Source: Gemmatimonadales bacterium
GTDB lineage: Bacteria > Gemmatimonadota > Gemmatimonadetes > Gemmatimonadales > GWC2-71-9
Assembly (NCBI GenBank): GCA_035620935.1
Contig: DASPFU010000068.1
Coordinates: 1 to 32,048, forward strand
Length of the DNA: 32,048 bases
Direction: 5' to 3'
In this document: one piece after another, positions 9,113 to 17,123 of the stretch
Layout of the letters: every line of letters begins with the position of its first letter
How positions within the stretch are numbered: position 1 is the first letter of the stretch
Notes under the pieces: generated by a model
Databases searched by the model: none
What the model was told of the DNA's origin: nothing
Seen by the model: the letters and a program-made list of their open reading frames with translations, nothing else
Translations under genes and position numbers: made by a program

Positions 9113-9491
9113 CCCTGCTCCGTCTCGGCATCGTCGGTCTCCCCAACGTGGGCAAGTCCACGCTGTTCAACGCCCTCACGTCCTCCATGACGGCGGCGGC
9201 GGAGAACTACCCCTTCTAACACGCGTCGAGCCGAACGTCGGCGTGGTGGAGGTGCCCGACCCGCGGCTCGACCGGCGGTGCGAGATCGTCCAGCCCGGGA
9301 AGCGCGTCCCCGCGGTGGTCGAGTTCGTCGACATCGCTGGGCTCGTAGCCGGCGCATCGCAGGGCGAGGGCGGCGGGCGGGGCTTCATCCGGGCCGAGGC
9401 CGTCGCCGTCGCGGACTTCATCCGGGCCGATGGGTACAAGGGGGCGCGCGAGCAGGGCCTGGCGCGCGCCGAGGGCCGGGATTACGTCCAG
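9109..9491 (+). pseudogene. ychF: Remnant of the ribosome-binding ATPase gene ychF (frameshift, large internal deletion, 3' truncation)
   Basis: [21 protein letters not shown]...ENYPF runs into a TAA at 9217. The next frame continues [17 protein letters not shown]...[18 protein letters not shown]. It then jumps directly to [28 protein letters not shown], which matches the extreme C-terminus of YchF. Confidence 0.7.
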
Positions 9492-9521
9492 TCCCCCTTC
9501 CCCCGTCCCCCCTCCCCCGTC

Positions 9522-9598
9522 TATACTGTCCCCCTCACATATCCCCTACCCGGCCCCACACCTGGGCCGGGTCGTGCAAACGTCCGAAGGGAGGTGCC
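9522..9598 (+). promoter_or_regulatory. Putative rpsF operon promoter -10 box and structured leader
   Basis: TATACT at 9522-9527. A 9-bp hairpin ACCCGGCCC-CACACCT-GGGCCGGGT at 9548-9572. The RBS AAGGGAGG lies 5 nt before the ATG at 9599. Confidence 0.3.
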
Positions 9599-9952
9599 AT
9601 GACGCGTCGCTACGAGACCGTCTATATCTTCGATTCCGCCCTGGAAGAGCCGGCGGTCACCGAGAAGCTCACCAAGTTCCACGCCCTGCTCACGCGCGAC
9701 GGTAAGGGCACCGTCGGCGACGTGAATCACTGGGGCAAGCGCACGCTCGCCTACACGCTGAAAAAGAAGGACACCGGCTACTACGTGGTGGCCAAGTTCG
9801 AGGCCGAGCGTGAAGTACTGCCCGAGTACGAGCGCCTCGTGAAGCTCGACGAGGGCGTGCTGCGCTATCTGGTCGTGCAGGCCGGCGAAGAGCCGACCCG
9901 CCCGGCGGCGGCCCCGGTCGCCGCGGACATCGAACTGGAGGAAGAAGAGTGA
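9599..9952 (+). CDS. rpsF: 30S ribosomal protein S6
   Basis: [13 protein letters not shown]..., WGKRTLAY, acidic C-terminal tail ELEEEE. Confidence 0.95.
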   Translation: MTRRYETVYIFDSALEEPAVTEKLTKFHALLTRDGKGTVGDVNHWGKRTLAYTLKKKDTGYYVVAKFEAEREVLPEYERLVKLDEGVLRYLVVQAGEEPTRPAAAPVAADIELEEEE

Positions 9953-10170
9953 AGCGCCCGGCGAAGACCTGCCCCGTGTGCGAGTCCGGCGCGCGGGTCC
10001 TGGACTACAAGGACGAGCGGACGCTGAGCCGCTTCCTGACCGATCGCGGCAAGATCCTGCCGAGTCGGCTCTCGGGCATGTGCGCCCGCCACCAGCGCCA
10101 GGCGGCGACGGCGGTGAAGCGCGCGCGCCAGCTGGCGCTGCTGCCGTACATCAAGGGCTACGTCGGCTGA
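9949..10170 (+). CDS. rpsR: 30S ribosomal protein S18
   Basis: The GTG at 9949 overlaps the rpsF stop. Motifs: DYKDERTLSRFLTDRGKILPSRLSG and KRARQLALLPY. Confidence 0.95.
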   Translation: MKRPAKTCPVCESGARVLDYKDERTLSRFLTDRGKILPSRLSGMCARHQRQAATAVKRARQLALLPYIKGYVG

Positions 10171-10171
10171 G

Positions 10172-11080
10172 ATGACCGCGACGCCCGGGCGGTGGCGGCT
10201 CGCGCTGGCCGCCGCCGCGTTCGTGGTCTGGGCGCCGCCGACGCTGGCGGCCCTCCCGTTCGCCGGGCTCGTGGCGGCGACGCGGCCCGGCCGCGGCCGC
10301 GCGGCGTGGCTCGCGGCGATCGCCGGCCTGGCGAGCGGCGCGCTCCTCGTCGCCTCCTCCCGCACGCCGCTGGGCGCCGCGTACGCGGCGTGGTCGGTGC
10401 TCGTGGCGGCAGCGTTCGTGGGCGGGGTGCTGGCGGCGCCGGCGCCGTTCTGGCGCCAGGCGACGCGGGCGACGGCGCTCGCCGCCATCGCCCTCGCCGG
10501 GCTGGCGGCGGCGCTCTGGGGCAGCGACTGGCTCGGGGCGGTGCGCTGGGAGGCCACGCGGCAGGCGCAGTCGGCGACCCGCCTGGTGACCTGGGCCAGC
10601 CCGGAGGCCGGGGACATGATGCGCGAGGTCGCGGTGATCGTCGGCGCCACCATCCCGGCGACGTTCGTCCTCCAGGCCATCGCGGGTCTCGCCGTGGGCT
10701 GGCAGCTGCACGTGCGGCTCGCCGAGCGGCCGTTGGGCGAGCCGCTCCGCCCCTTCCGGGAGTTCCGCATCGGCGACGTCTGGATCTGGGCCCTGGTGCT
10801 GGCGGGTGGGGGCTGGCTCGTGGGGCAGGACCTGCTGGCGCAGAATCTCGCGGTGCTGCTCGGCGCATTCTACTTTTTGCAGGGCGCGGCCATCGTGGTG
10901 TCGTTCGCCGCGGCCGTGGGCATCTCGACCGGTGCACTGGTCGCGGGGGCGGCGCTGGCCGCCGCGCTGGCCGTGCCGCTGGTGTTCATCGTCCCCGGCG
11001 TGTGGACGCTCGGGGTGACCGACACGTGGTTCGAGTACCGGCGGCGCCTCGCGGCGCGGACCGGCTCGACGGGAGCCTAG
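10172..11080 (+). CDS. DUF2232 (YybS-like) membrane protein
   Basis: Polytopic protein sitting between rpsR and rplI, as yybS does in Bacillus. C-terminal GVTDTWFEYRRR resembles the DUF2232 D-x-WFDFR ending. Confidence 0.65.
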   Translation: MTATPGRWRLALAAAAFVVWAPPTLAALPFAGLVAATRPGRGRAAWLAAIAGLASGALLVASSRTPLGAAYAAWSVLVAAAFVGGVLAAPAPFWRQATRATALAAIALAGLAAALWGSDWLGAVRWEATRQAQSATRLVTWASPEAGDMMREVAVIVGATIPATFVLQAIAGLAVGWQLHVRLAERPLGEPLRPFREFRIGDVWIWALVLAGGGWLVGQDLLAQNLAVLLGAFYFLQGAAIVVSFAAAVGISTGALVAGAALAAALAVPLVFIVPGVWTLGVTDTWFEYRRRLAARTGSTGA

Positions 11081-11086
11081 GACGGT

Positions 11087-11530
11087 ATGGAGATCATCCT
11101 GCGGGAAGACGTGCAGCATCTCGGCAAGGCCGGTGAGGTCGTCAAGGTCAAGGACGGCTACGCCCGGAACTTCCTCCTGCCGAAGGGCCTCGCCTATCCG
11201 GCGACGGACGCCAATAAGAAGAAGATCACCTACGAGGCGCAGCGACTGGCGAAGCAGCGCGACGCCGAGCGCACGGCCGCCGAGTCGGAGGCCGGTCGCC
11301 TGGCGGCGGTCGAGCTCACCTTCGCGGTGAAGGTGGGCGAGGAGGACCGGCTCTACGGGTCGGTCACGGCGAGCGACATCCAGCGCCGGCTCGAGGAACA
11401 GGGCCTCCACGTCGACAAGCGGAAGATCGAGCTGCCCGAGCCGCTCCGCTCCCTCGGCGACTTCCGGGTCGGCATCCGGATCCATCCCGACGTCCGTCCC
11501 GAGATCGTGGTCCACGTCGTCAGGGAATGA
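11087..11530 (+). CDS. rplI: 50S ribosomal protein L9
   Basis: MEIILREDVQHLGKAGEVVKVKDGYARNFLLPKGLA is the canonical L9 N-domain. Confidence 0.95.
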   Translation: MEIILREDVQHLGKAGEVVKVKDGYARNFLLPKGLAYPATDANKKKITYEAQRLAKQRDAERTAAESEAGRLAAVELTFAVKVGEEDRLYGSVTASDIQRRLEEQGLHVDKRKIELPEPLRSLGDFRVGIRIHPDVRPEIVVHVVRE

Positions 11531-11541
11531 CGCCCTAGCCC

Positions 11542-13338
11542 GTGACGGTCGCGATCGGCTATGTCGACGGCCCACGCTTCCGCCGCTCGCTGCTCGCGGC
11601 GGCGGACTGGGTCGCGGCGGCGCGCGACGAGCTGAACCGCATCAACGTCTTCCCCGTCCCCGACGGCGACACGGGGACCAACCTCTGTCTCACCCTCCGG
11701 GCCGTCGCCAGCGCGCTGCGGGACCTGGGCGATGCGCCGCTGCCCCGCGTGACCCAGACGATGGCGCATGCCAGCGTGCGCGGCGCGCACGGGAACTCGG
11801 GGCTGATGTTCTCGCAGTTCCTGCTCGGGTTCCGCGAAGGACTGGGCGAGCGGGCCCGCGCCTCGGCGCGGGAGCTGGCCGACGCCATGCAGCGCGGGTT
11901 CGCACGCCTCGCAGGCTCGCTCGACGAGCCGGTGGAGGGGACGATCCTCACGGTGGCGCGCGAGGCCGCCCTGGAGGCGGACTCCGCCCGCCACGAGCGC
12001 GACATCAAGGTCTTCATGCAGCGCGTGGTACGGCGCGCCGAGGATGCCCTGGCGCGCACGCCGGAGCTGCTGGCCGTCCTGCGGGCCGCCGGCGTGGTGG
12101 ATGCCGGCGCGAAGGGGTTCGTGCGGTTCCTCGACGGACTGAAGCGGATGATCGAGGAGGGCCACATCGCCGCGGGCGCCCTGGAGCGGCTCATCCCGAC
12201 CGACGCGGCCGCGACCACCGCCGTGGCGGCCGATCGGGATTTCCGCTACTGCACCGAGGTGCTGGTGCGGGGCGCCGCCCTGCCCGACGTGCCCGCCGTG
12301 CGCGAGGCGCTGCGCCCGTTCGGCGGCTCCATCGTGGTGCTGCATACGGGTGAGGTGCTCAAGGCGCACGTGCACACCGATACGCCCGACGCGGTCTTCG
12401 CGGTCGCCCGCGGCTGGGGCACGCTCGAGTCCACCCAGGTCGAGGACATGCGCTCGCAGCACGCCGCCCTCGCCGCGCGGCGCACGATCGGGTTCGTCAC
12501 CGATACGGCGTGCGACCTCGACGACGCCTACATCGCGGAACACCGCATCGGACTGGTGCCGCTCCAGCTGATCCTCGATGGGCGAGCCTACAAGGACCGA
12601 CTCGAGATCACCGCCGGGGACTTCTTTTCCCGCCTCCGTACCGATGCCGCCGCTTCGACCTCGCAGCCGGCCCCGCAGGATTTCACCGACGTGTTCGAGG
12701 ACGCCACTCGCACCGCCGATCACGTCATCGCGGTGGTGCTGTCCAAGGCGCTGTCGGGGACGTTCACCAGCGCCGAGCAGGCCGCGCGGGAGTTCGCCGG
12801 CCGGCTGACGGTGGTCAACGGGCGCAGTGCCTCCCTGGGGCAGGGCCTGCTGGTGATGCGGGGCGTGGAGCTCGCCGCCCAGGGGTGGACGCCCCACGCG
12901 ATCGTGGCAGAGCTCGAGCGCGTGCGCGACCAGTCCGGCGTGTTCCTCACGATCGAGGACTTCGACCGCCTGGTGCGCTCGGGCCGGCTCTCCCGCGGTC
13001 GCGCGTGGCTGGGCCGGGCCCTGAACATGAAGCCGGTGCTGGGGGTCTCGCGCGAGGGAAAGCTCGAGCCGGTGGGGCGGGCCCGGGGCTCGGCGGCGGC
13101 CCGCCGCCGCATCCTGGAGCTGCTCGATCGAGCCCTCACGCCGCGGCCCCGCGAGCTCCGTCTGGCCGTGGTCCACGCCGGAATCCCCGACTTCGCCGCC
13201 GCGCTCGGGGCGGAGCTGGTGGCCAGCTACCGGCCCAGGACCTGCCTCATCGCGCCGATCACGCCGGTGATCGCCGCCCACGCCGGCATCGGCGCCTGGG
13301 GGGTGTTCTACCAGGTGGAGGACGGAACAAACCGGTGA
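11542..13338 (+). CDS. DhaL/Dak2 domain - DegV domain fusion protein (FakA-like N-terminal half fused to a FakB-like lipid-binding domain)
   Basis: GTG start. The N-terminus has FPVPDGDTGTN (Dak2/DhaL). The middle resembles FakA/YloV (RYCTEVLV...GGSIVVLHTGEVLKAHVHTDTP...VEDM). The C-terminal half shows DegV signatures (IGFVTDTACDL, STSQPAP, LSGTFTSAEQAA, RSGRLS, LNMKPVL). Confidence 0.85.
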   Translation: MTVAIGYVDGPRFRRSLLAAADWVAAARDELNRINVFPVPDGDTGTNLCLTLRAVASALRDLGDAPLPRVTQTMAHASVRGAHGNSGLMFSQFLLGFREGLGERARASARELADAMQRGFARLAGSLDEPVEGTILTVAREAALEADSARHERDIKVFMQRVVRRAEDALARTPELLAVLRAAGVVDAGAKGFVRFLDGLKRMIEEGHIAAGALERLIPTDAAATTAVAADRDFRYCTEVLVRGAALPDVPAVREALRPFGGSIVVLHTGEVLKAHVHTDTPDAVFAVARGWGTLESTQVEDMRSQHAALAARRTIGFVTDTACDLDDAYIAEHRIGLVPLQLILDGRAYKDRLEITAGDFFSRLRTDAAASTSQPAPQDFTDVFEDATRTADHVIAVVLSKALSGTFTSAEQAAREFAGRLTVVNGRSASLGQGLLVMRGVELAAQGWTPHAIVAELERVRDQSGVFLTIEDFDRLVRSGRLSRGRAWLGRALNMKPVLGVSREGKLEPVGRARGSAAARRRILELLDRALTPRPRELRLAVVHAGIPDFAAALGAELVASYRPRTCLIAPITPVIAAHAGIGAWGVFYQVEDGTNR

Positions 13339-13348
13339 CGTCGGCACT

Positions 13349-13771
13349 ATGACGAGCCGTGGACGGTCGCGGGGCCAGCGCCGGGAGCCGGCAGGGCCCC
13401 CGCCGGTATTGTGGCACATCACCCGGGTGCTGGCGGACCGCAAGGCGGTCGATCCGATCGTGCTCGACGTGCGGGGCCTCTGCTCCGCCACCGACTTCTT
13501 CGTGATCGCCTCGGGGACTTCCGAGGCGCACGTGCGCGGCATGGCCGACCGGCTGGTCGACGGCCAGGAGACCGGGGGAGAGCGGCCGCACCACGTGGAG
13601 GGGCTGGCGCAGGGCCGCTGGGTGCTGCTCGATTATGTGGACGTGGTGGCGCACCTGTTCCATCCCGAACAGCGTGCGTTCTACCAGCTCGAGCGTCTCT
13701 GGAGCGACGCTCCGGTGATCGTACCCGCCGAGGACGGCGGTCCACCCCGCGAGGGGGCGGCGAAAGGATGA
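13349..13771 (+). CDS. rsfS: Ribosome silencing factor RsfS (iojap-like)
   Basis: LADRKAVDPIVLDV, TDFFVIASGTSEAHVRGMAD, WVLLDYVDVVAHLF, RAFYQLERLW. The N-terminal extension is longer than usual, so the start could be further downstream. Confidence 0.85.
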   Translation: MTSRGRSRGQRREPAGPPPVLWHITRVLADRKAVDPIVLDVRGLCSATDFFVIASGTSEAHVRGMADRLVDGQETGGERPHHVEGLAQGRWVLLDYVDVVAHLFHPEQRAFYQLERLWSDAPVIVPAEDGGPPREGAAKG

Positions 13772-16700
13772 TGCGGATGACGCGCAGCCTGTGGGGAACG
13801 GCGTTGGTGCTGGTCGCGGCGGCGGTCGCCGCGCCCCTTCCGGCCCAGTACTTCGGGCAGAACAAGGTTCAGTACCGCGCCTTCGACTTCAAGATCATCC
13901 TCACCGAGCATTTCGAGATTTACTATTACGAGGAGGAGCGGGAGGCCGCCCTCGACGCCGCGCGGATGGCCGAGCGCGGGTACGCGAAGCTGTCGCGTGT
14001 GCTCAACCACCAGTTCCAGGCCCGCAAGCCGGTGCTGCTCTACGCCTCGCACTCGGACTTCCAGCAGACGAACGCCATCTCGGGCGAGCTGGGCGAGGGC
14101 ACGGGCGGCGTCACCGAGTTCTTCAAGCACCGCATGGTCATGCCGTTCACGGGATCGTACGCGGACTTCGAGCACGTCCTGCTGCACGAGATGGCCCACC
14201 AGTTCCAGTACGACGTGTACAGCCGGGGTCGCGTCGGCGGCGGCGTCCAGACCCTGATCACGGTGAACCCGCCCCTGTGGTTCACGGAAGGCATGGCGGA
14301 GTTCCTCTCGGTCGGGCCGATCAACACCCACACGGCGATGTGGCTGCGCGACGCCTCGCTCGAGGGCAAGCTGCCGACCATCGAGCAGATGACGCTCGAT
14401 CCCTATACGTACTTCCCCTACCGGTTCGGACACGCGCTCTGGTCCTATGTCGCCGAGAAGTGGGGCGACGAGATCGTGGGCGAGATCCTCCAGATGTCGG
14501 CGAACGTGGGCATCGAGGGCGCGTTCTACCGCGCCACCGGCGTGAGCCTTTCCCAGCTGTCGGACGAGTGGCGGGAGGCGATCCAGGAGCGCTTCCTGCC
14601 GGAGATCGGCGAATTCGAGCGCACCCGGCACATCGCCACGATCGCGCTCAACCGCCGGCGCACGGGGGGGACGTATCATCTGGCCCCCACCCTCTCACCG
14701 GACGGGCGCCAGATCGCCTTCTTCTCCGAGCGCAACGACTTCTTCATCAGTCTCTGGCTCGGCGACGTGGAGAGCGGCAAGGCGCGGCGGCAGCTGATCA
14801 AGTCGGGCTATTCGACCAATTTCGAGAGCCTGCGGTTCATCTATCAGTCCGGGTCGTTCTCGCCCGACGGGCGCTGGTTCGCGATCGCCGCCAAGCGCAA
14901 GGAGCGCGACGACATCGTGATCATCGACGTGCGTTCGGGGCGCGTCGTCCGCCGCATCCGCACCCCGCTCAACGGGGCCACCAACCCGACGTGGTCACCC
15001 GACGGGCGCCGCCTGGCCTTCACCGGGTTCGACGGCGGCCTGAGCGACCTCTATGTCGTCAACGCCGACGGCACCGGGTTCGAGCGCCTCACCTCCGACA
15101 AGTACGCCGATCTCCAGCCGGCCTGGTCGCCGGACGGTCGGGCGATCGCCTTCACGACCGATCGCGGCCCCGAGACGGACTTCCAGACGCTGCGGTTCGG
15201 CAATTACCGCATCGCCCTCTATCACCTCGAGACCCGCACCGTCGAGGTGCTGGGGCGGATGGACGACGGCAAGAACGTCAACGCGGCATGGGCGCCCGAC
15301 GGACGGACGCTCGCGTTCATCTCGGACCGCAGCGGCGTCAGCAACGTGTACCTCTACGACTTCGCCGACGGCGAGATCTACCAGCTGTCGAACGTGATCA
15401 CCGGAATCTCGGGGATCACGGCCGAGTCCCCGGCCATCTCGTGGGCGACGCAGGCCGACCGGATCGCCATCCTGTATTACCAGGATGGCCAGTACGACGT
15501 GTACGTCGTGGACAACCCGCGGCAGTTGAAGAAGGCTCCGTACCGCGCCCCGCCGGGCCCGCAGACCTTCGCGCTGCTCGCGCGCCCGCGCGCCGCCACG
15601 CAGGTCGCGACGGCCCCGGCCGGGGCGGCCGGGCAACCGGCGGCGGACAGCGCGGCGGCCGCGCGAGCCGGCCCCGTGCCGGGGCAGCCGGCCGTCGCCA
15701 CGCCCGTCCTCCCCACGCCGCCCGCCGGCGCCTCGATCTACCGCACGCCCGGCGGCTTCCGGGCATCGGCGGTCCCTCAGGTCGGTGACACCGCCGGGGC
15801 GCCGGGGCCGGTGTCGGTGCGCGCGCTGCTGGATTCGGCCGAGCTGGCGCTGCCGGACACGCTGGAGTTCGGGTTCCGGGAGTACCACACCCGGTTCACG
15901 CCCGACTACGTGGCCCAGCCGACGATCGGCTATTCGTACTCGAACTTCGGTCGCGGGTTCTACGGCGGCGCGGCGTTCTCCCTGTCCGACATCCTGGGGA
16001 ACAAGTCGCTGATCTTCGCCGGGGCGATCAACGGACGGCCGCAGGAGGCGCAGATCCTCGCCGCCTACGTGAACCAGAGCCGCCGCCTCAACTGGGCGAC
16101 GGGGTTCCAGCAGGCGCCGTATTACTTCTACGGCCCGTACACCCCGCCGACGCCCGCGCCGCTGCCGGGCGGCGGGCCGGACTCCGCGCTGCGCGAGACC
16201 GTCACCCTGCAGCGCAACGTGATCCGCGAAGCGTTCGTCGAGACGGCGTATCCGTTCAGCCGTTTCTCGCGCGCCGAGTTCGGGTTCCGCCTGGTGGGCA
16301 TCCAGGAAGACCTGCTGCTGCAGGACAACTACTACGACTTCTCGGGGTTCTACCTGGGGTCCACCGACACGCGCACGGTGGGACTGGGCTCCACCTACTT
16401 CGTGCAACCCTCCGTCGCGCTGGTGCACGACAAGACCCTGTTCGGCTACGTGGGACCGTTCGCGGGGCGCCGCTACCGCTTCCAGCTGTCCCCGTCGGTG
16501 GGCGACTGGAACTTCATCGCCGCCCTCGCCGACGTGCGCGAATACTGGTACGTGCGGCCGTTCACGGTGGCATTGCGGGGCATGCTGTTCAGCCGCTTCG
16601 GGCGTGACGCCGACCGCTTCCCCGTGTTCATGGGGACGACCGAACTGATCCGCGGCTACACGTACGGCTCCATCGTCGACCACGAGTGCCTCGTCTCGCA

Positions 16701-17058
16701 GGGCGGGTGCAACACGCTGTCGGCGCTCACCGGGTCCAAGGTCGCCGTCGCGAACGCGGAGCTCCGCTTCCCCCTCTTCCAGTGGCTCGCGCTGGGCTTC
16801 CTGCCCGTCGCCCTGCCGCCGATCGAGGCCGCCCTGTTCTACGACGTCGGCCTCGCCTGGAACGAGGGGCAGACGGTGAAGTTCACCCGCTCACCCACCG
16901 ACAACGCGCTGTACGTGCGCACGCCGCTGCGGTCGTGGGGCGGCTCGTTCCGGGTGAACGCGCTCGGCTTCATGATCCTGCGCATCGACTACACCAAGCC
17001 GCTCGACCGGCTGTACGACAAGGCGTACTGGACCGTGAGTTTCGGTCCGACCTACTGA
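13768..17058 (+). CDS. Large outer-membrane protein: peptidase-MA-like HEXXH domain + TolB-like PD40 beta-propeller + Omp85/surface-antigen beta-barrel
   Basis: The ATG at 13768 overlaps the rsfS stop (ATGA). Signal peptide MMRMTRSLWGTALVLVAAAVAAPLPAQ. HEMAHQF plus a downstream FTEGMAEF. Five or more SPDGR/APDGR propeller repeats. An Ala/Pro linker. The C-terminus reads VANAELRFPL...YWTVSFGPTY and ends in an aromatic residue, as OMP barrels do. Confidence 0.85.
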   Translation: MMRMTRSLWGTALVLVAAAVAAPLPAQYFGQNKVQYRAFDFKIILTEHFEIYYYEEEREAALDAARMAERGYAKLSRVLNHQFQARKPVLLYASHSDFQQTNAISGELGEGTGGVTEFFKHRMVMPFTGSYADFEHVLLHEMAHQFQYDVYSRGRVGGGVQTLITVNPPLWFTEGMAEFLSVGPINTHTAMWLRDASLEGKLPTIEQMTLDPYTYFPYRFGHALWSYVAEKWGDEIVGEILQMSANVGIEGAFYRATGVSLSQLSDEWREAIQERFLPEIGEFERTRHIATIALNRRRTGGTYHLAPTLSPDGRQIAFFSERNDFFISLWLGDVESGKARRQLIKSGYSTNFESLRFIYQSGSFSPDGRWFAIAAKRKERDDIVIIDVRSGRVVRRIRTPLNGATNPTWSPDGRRLAFTGFDGGLSDLYVVNADGTGFERLTSDKYADLQPAWSPDGRAIAFTTDRGPETDFQTLRFGNYRIALYHLETRTVEVLGRMDDGKNVNAAWAPDGRTLAFISDRSGVSNVYLYDFADGEIYQLSNVITGISGITAESPAISWATQADRIAILYYQDGQYDVYVVDNPRQLKKAPYRAPPGPQTFALLARPRAATQVATAPAGAAGQPAADSAAAARAGPVPGQPAVATPVLPTPPAGASIYRTPGGFRASAVPQVGDTAGAPGPVSVRALLDSAELALPDTLEFGFREYHTRFTPDYVAQPTIGYSYSNFGRGFYGGAAFSLSDILGNKSLIFAGAINGRPQEAQILAAYVNQSRRLNWATGFQQAPYYFYGPYTPPTPAPLPGGGPDSALRETVTLQRNVIREAFVETAYPFSRFSRAEFGFRLVGIQEDLLLQDNYYDFSGFYLGSTDTRTVGLGSTYFVQPSVALVHDKTLFGYVGPFAGRRYRFQLSPSVGDWNFIAALADVREYWYVRPFTVALRGMLFSRFGRDADRFPVFMGTTELIRGYTYGSIVDHECLVSQGGCNTLSALTGSKVAVANAELRFPLFQWLALGFLPVALPPIEAALFYDVGLAWNEGQTVKFTRSPTDNALYVRTPLRSWGGSFRVNALGFMILRIDYTKPLDRLYDKAYWTVSFGPTY

Positions 17059-17083
17059 CCGCATCGCGCAAAACGGTTGCCTG

Positions 17084-17121
17084 GGCCTCGCCGCCCGTCT
17101 ATCTTGGACGGCGGCGAGGCC
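17084..17121 (+). terminator. Strong GC hairpin after the OMP gene, overlapping the next gene's RBS
   Basis: GGCCTCGCCGCCCGTC-TATCTTG-GACGGCGGCGAGGCC forms a ~15-bp stem with one bulge. It is followed by TATTG, so there is no real U tract. Confidence 0.35.
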
Positions 17122-17123
17122 TA

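Noticed and set aside
9243-9602. A 119-aa ORF upstream of rpsF as an independent small-protein gene
   Set aside because: Its first ~83 residues are fragments of YchF (the G-domain piece plus the C-terminal piece) and the rest is a Pro-rich read-through. It is better explained as part of a pseudogene, although residual translation cannot be excluded.
10151-13542. Long minus-strand ORFs (474 aa, 259 aa, 729 aa) opposite DUF2232, rplI and the Dak2/DegV gene
   Set aside because: This is the same GC-driven artefact. The composition is not protein-like, and the opposite strand encodes recognisable conserved proteins.
13411-13767. An N-terminal 119-aa extension of the large OMP ORF overlapping rsfS
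   Set aside because: The extension is Arg/Gly/Pro junk in an alternative frame of rsfS. A proper signal peptide starts at the ATG at 13768.
15540-15790. An Ala/Pro-rich low-complexity stretch inside the large OMP gene as a possible gene boundary or frameshift
   Set aside because: The frame stays open, and recognisable domains lie on both sides in the same frame. It is interpreted as an interdomain linker.
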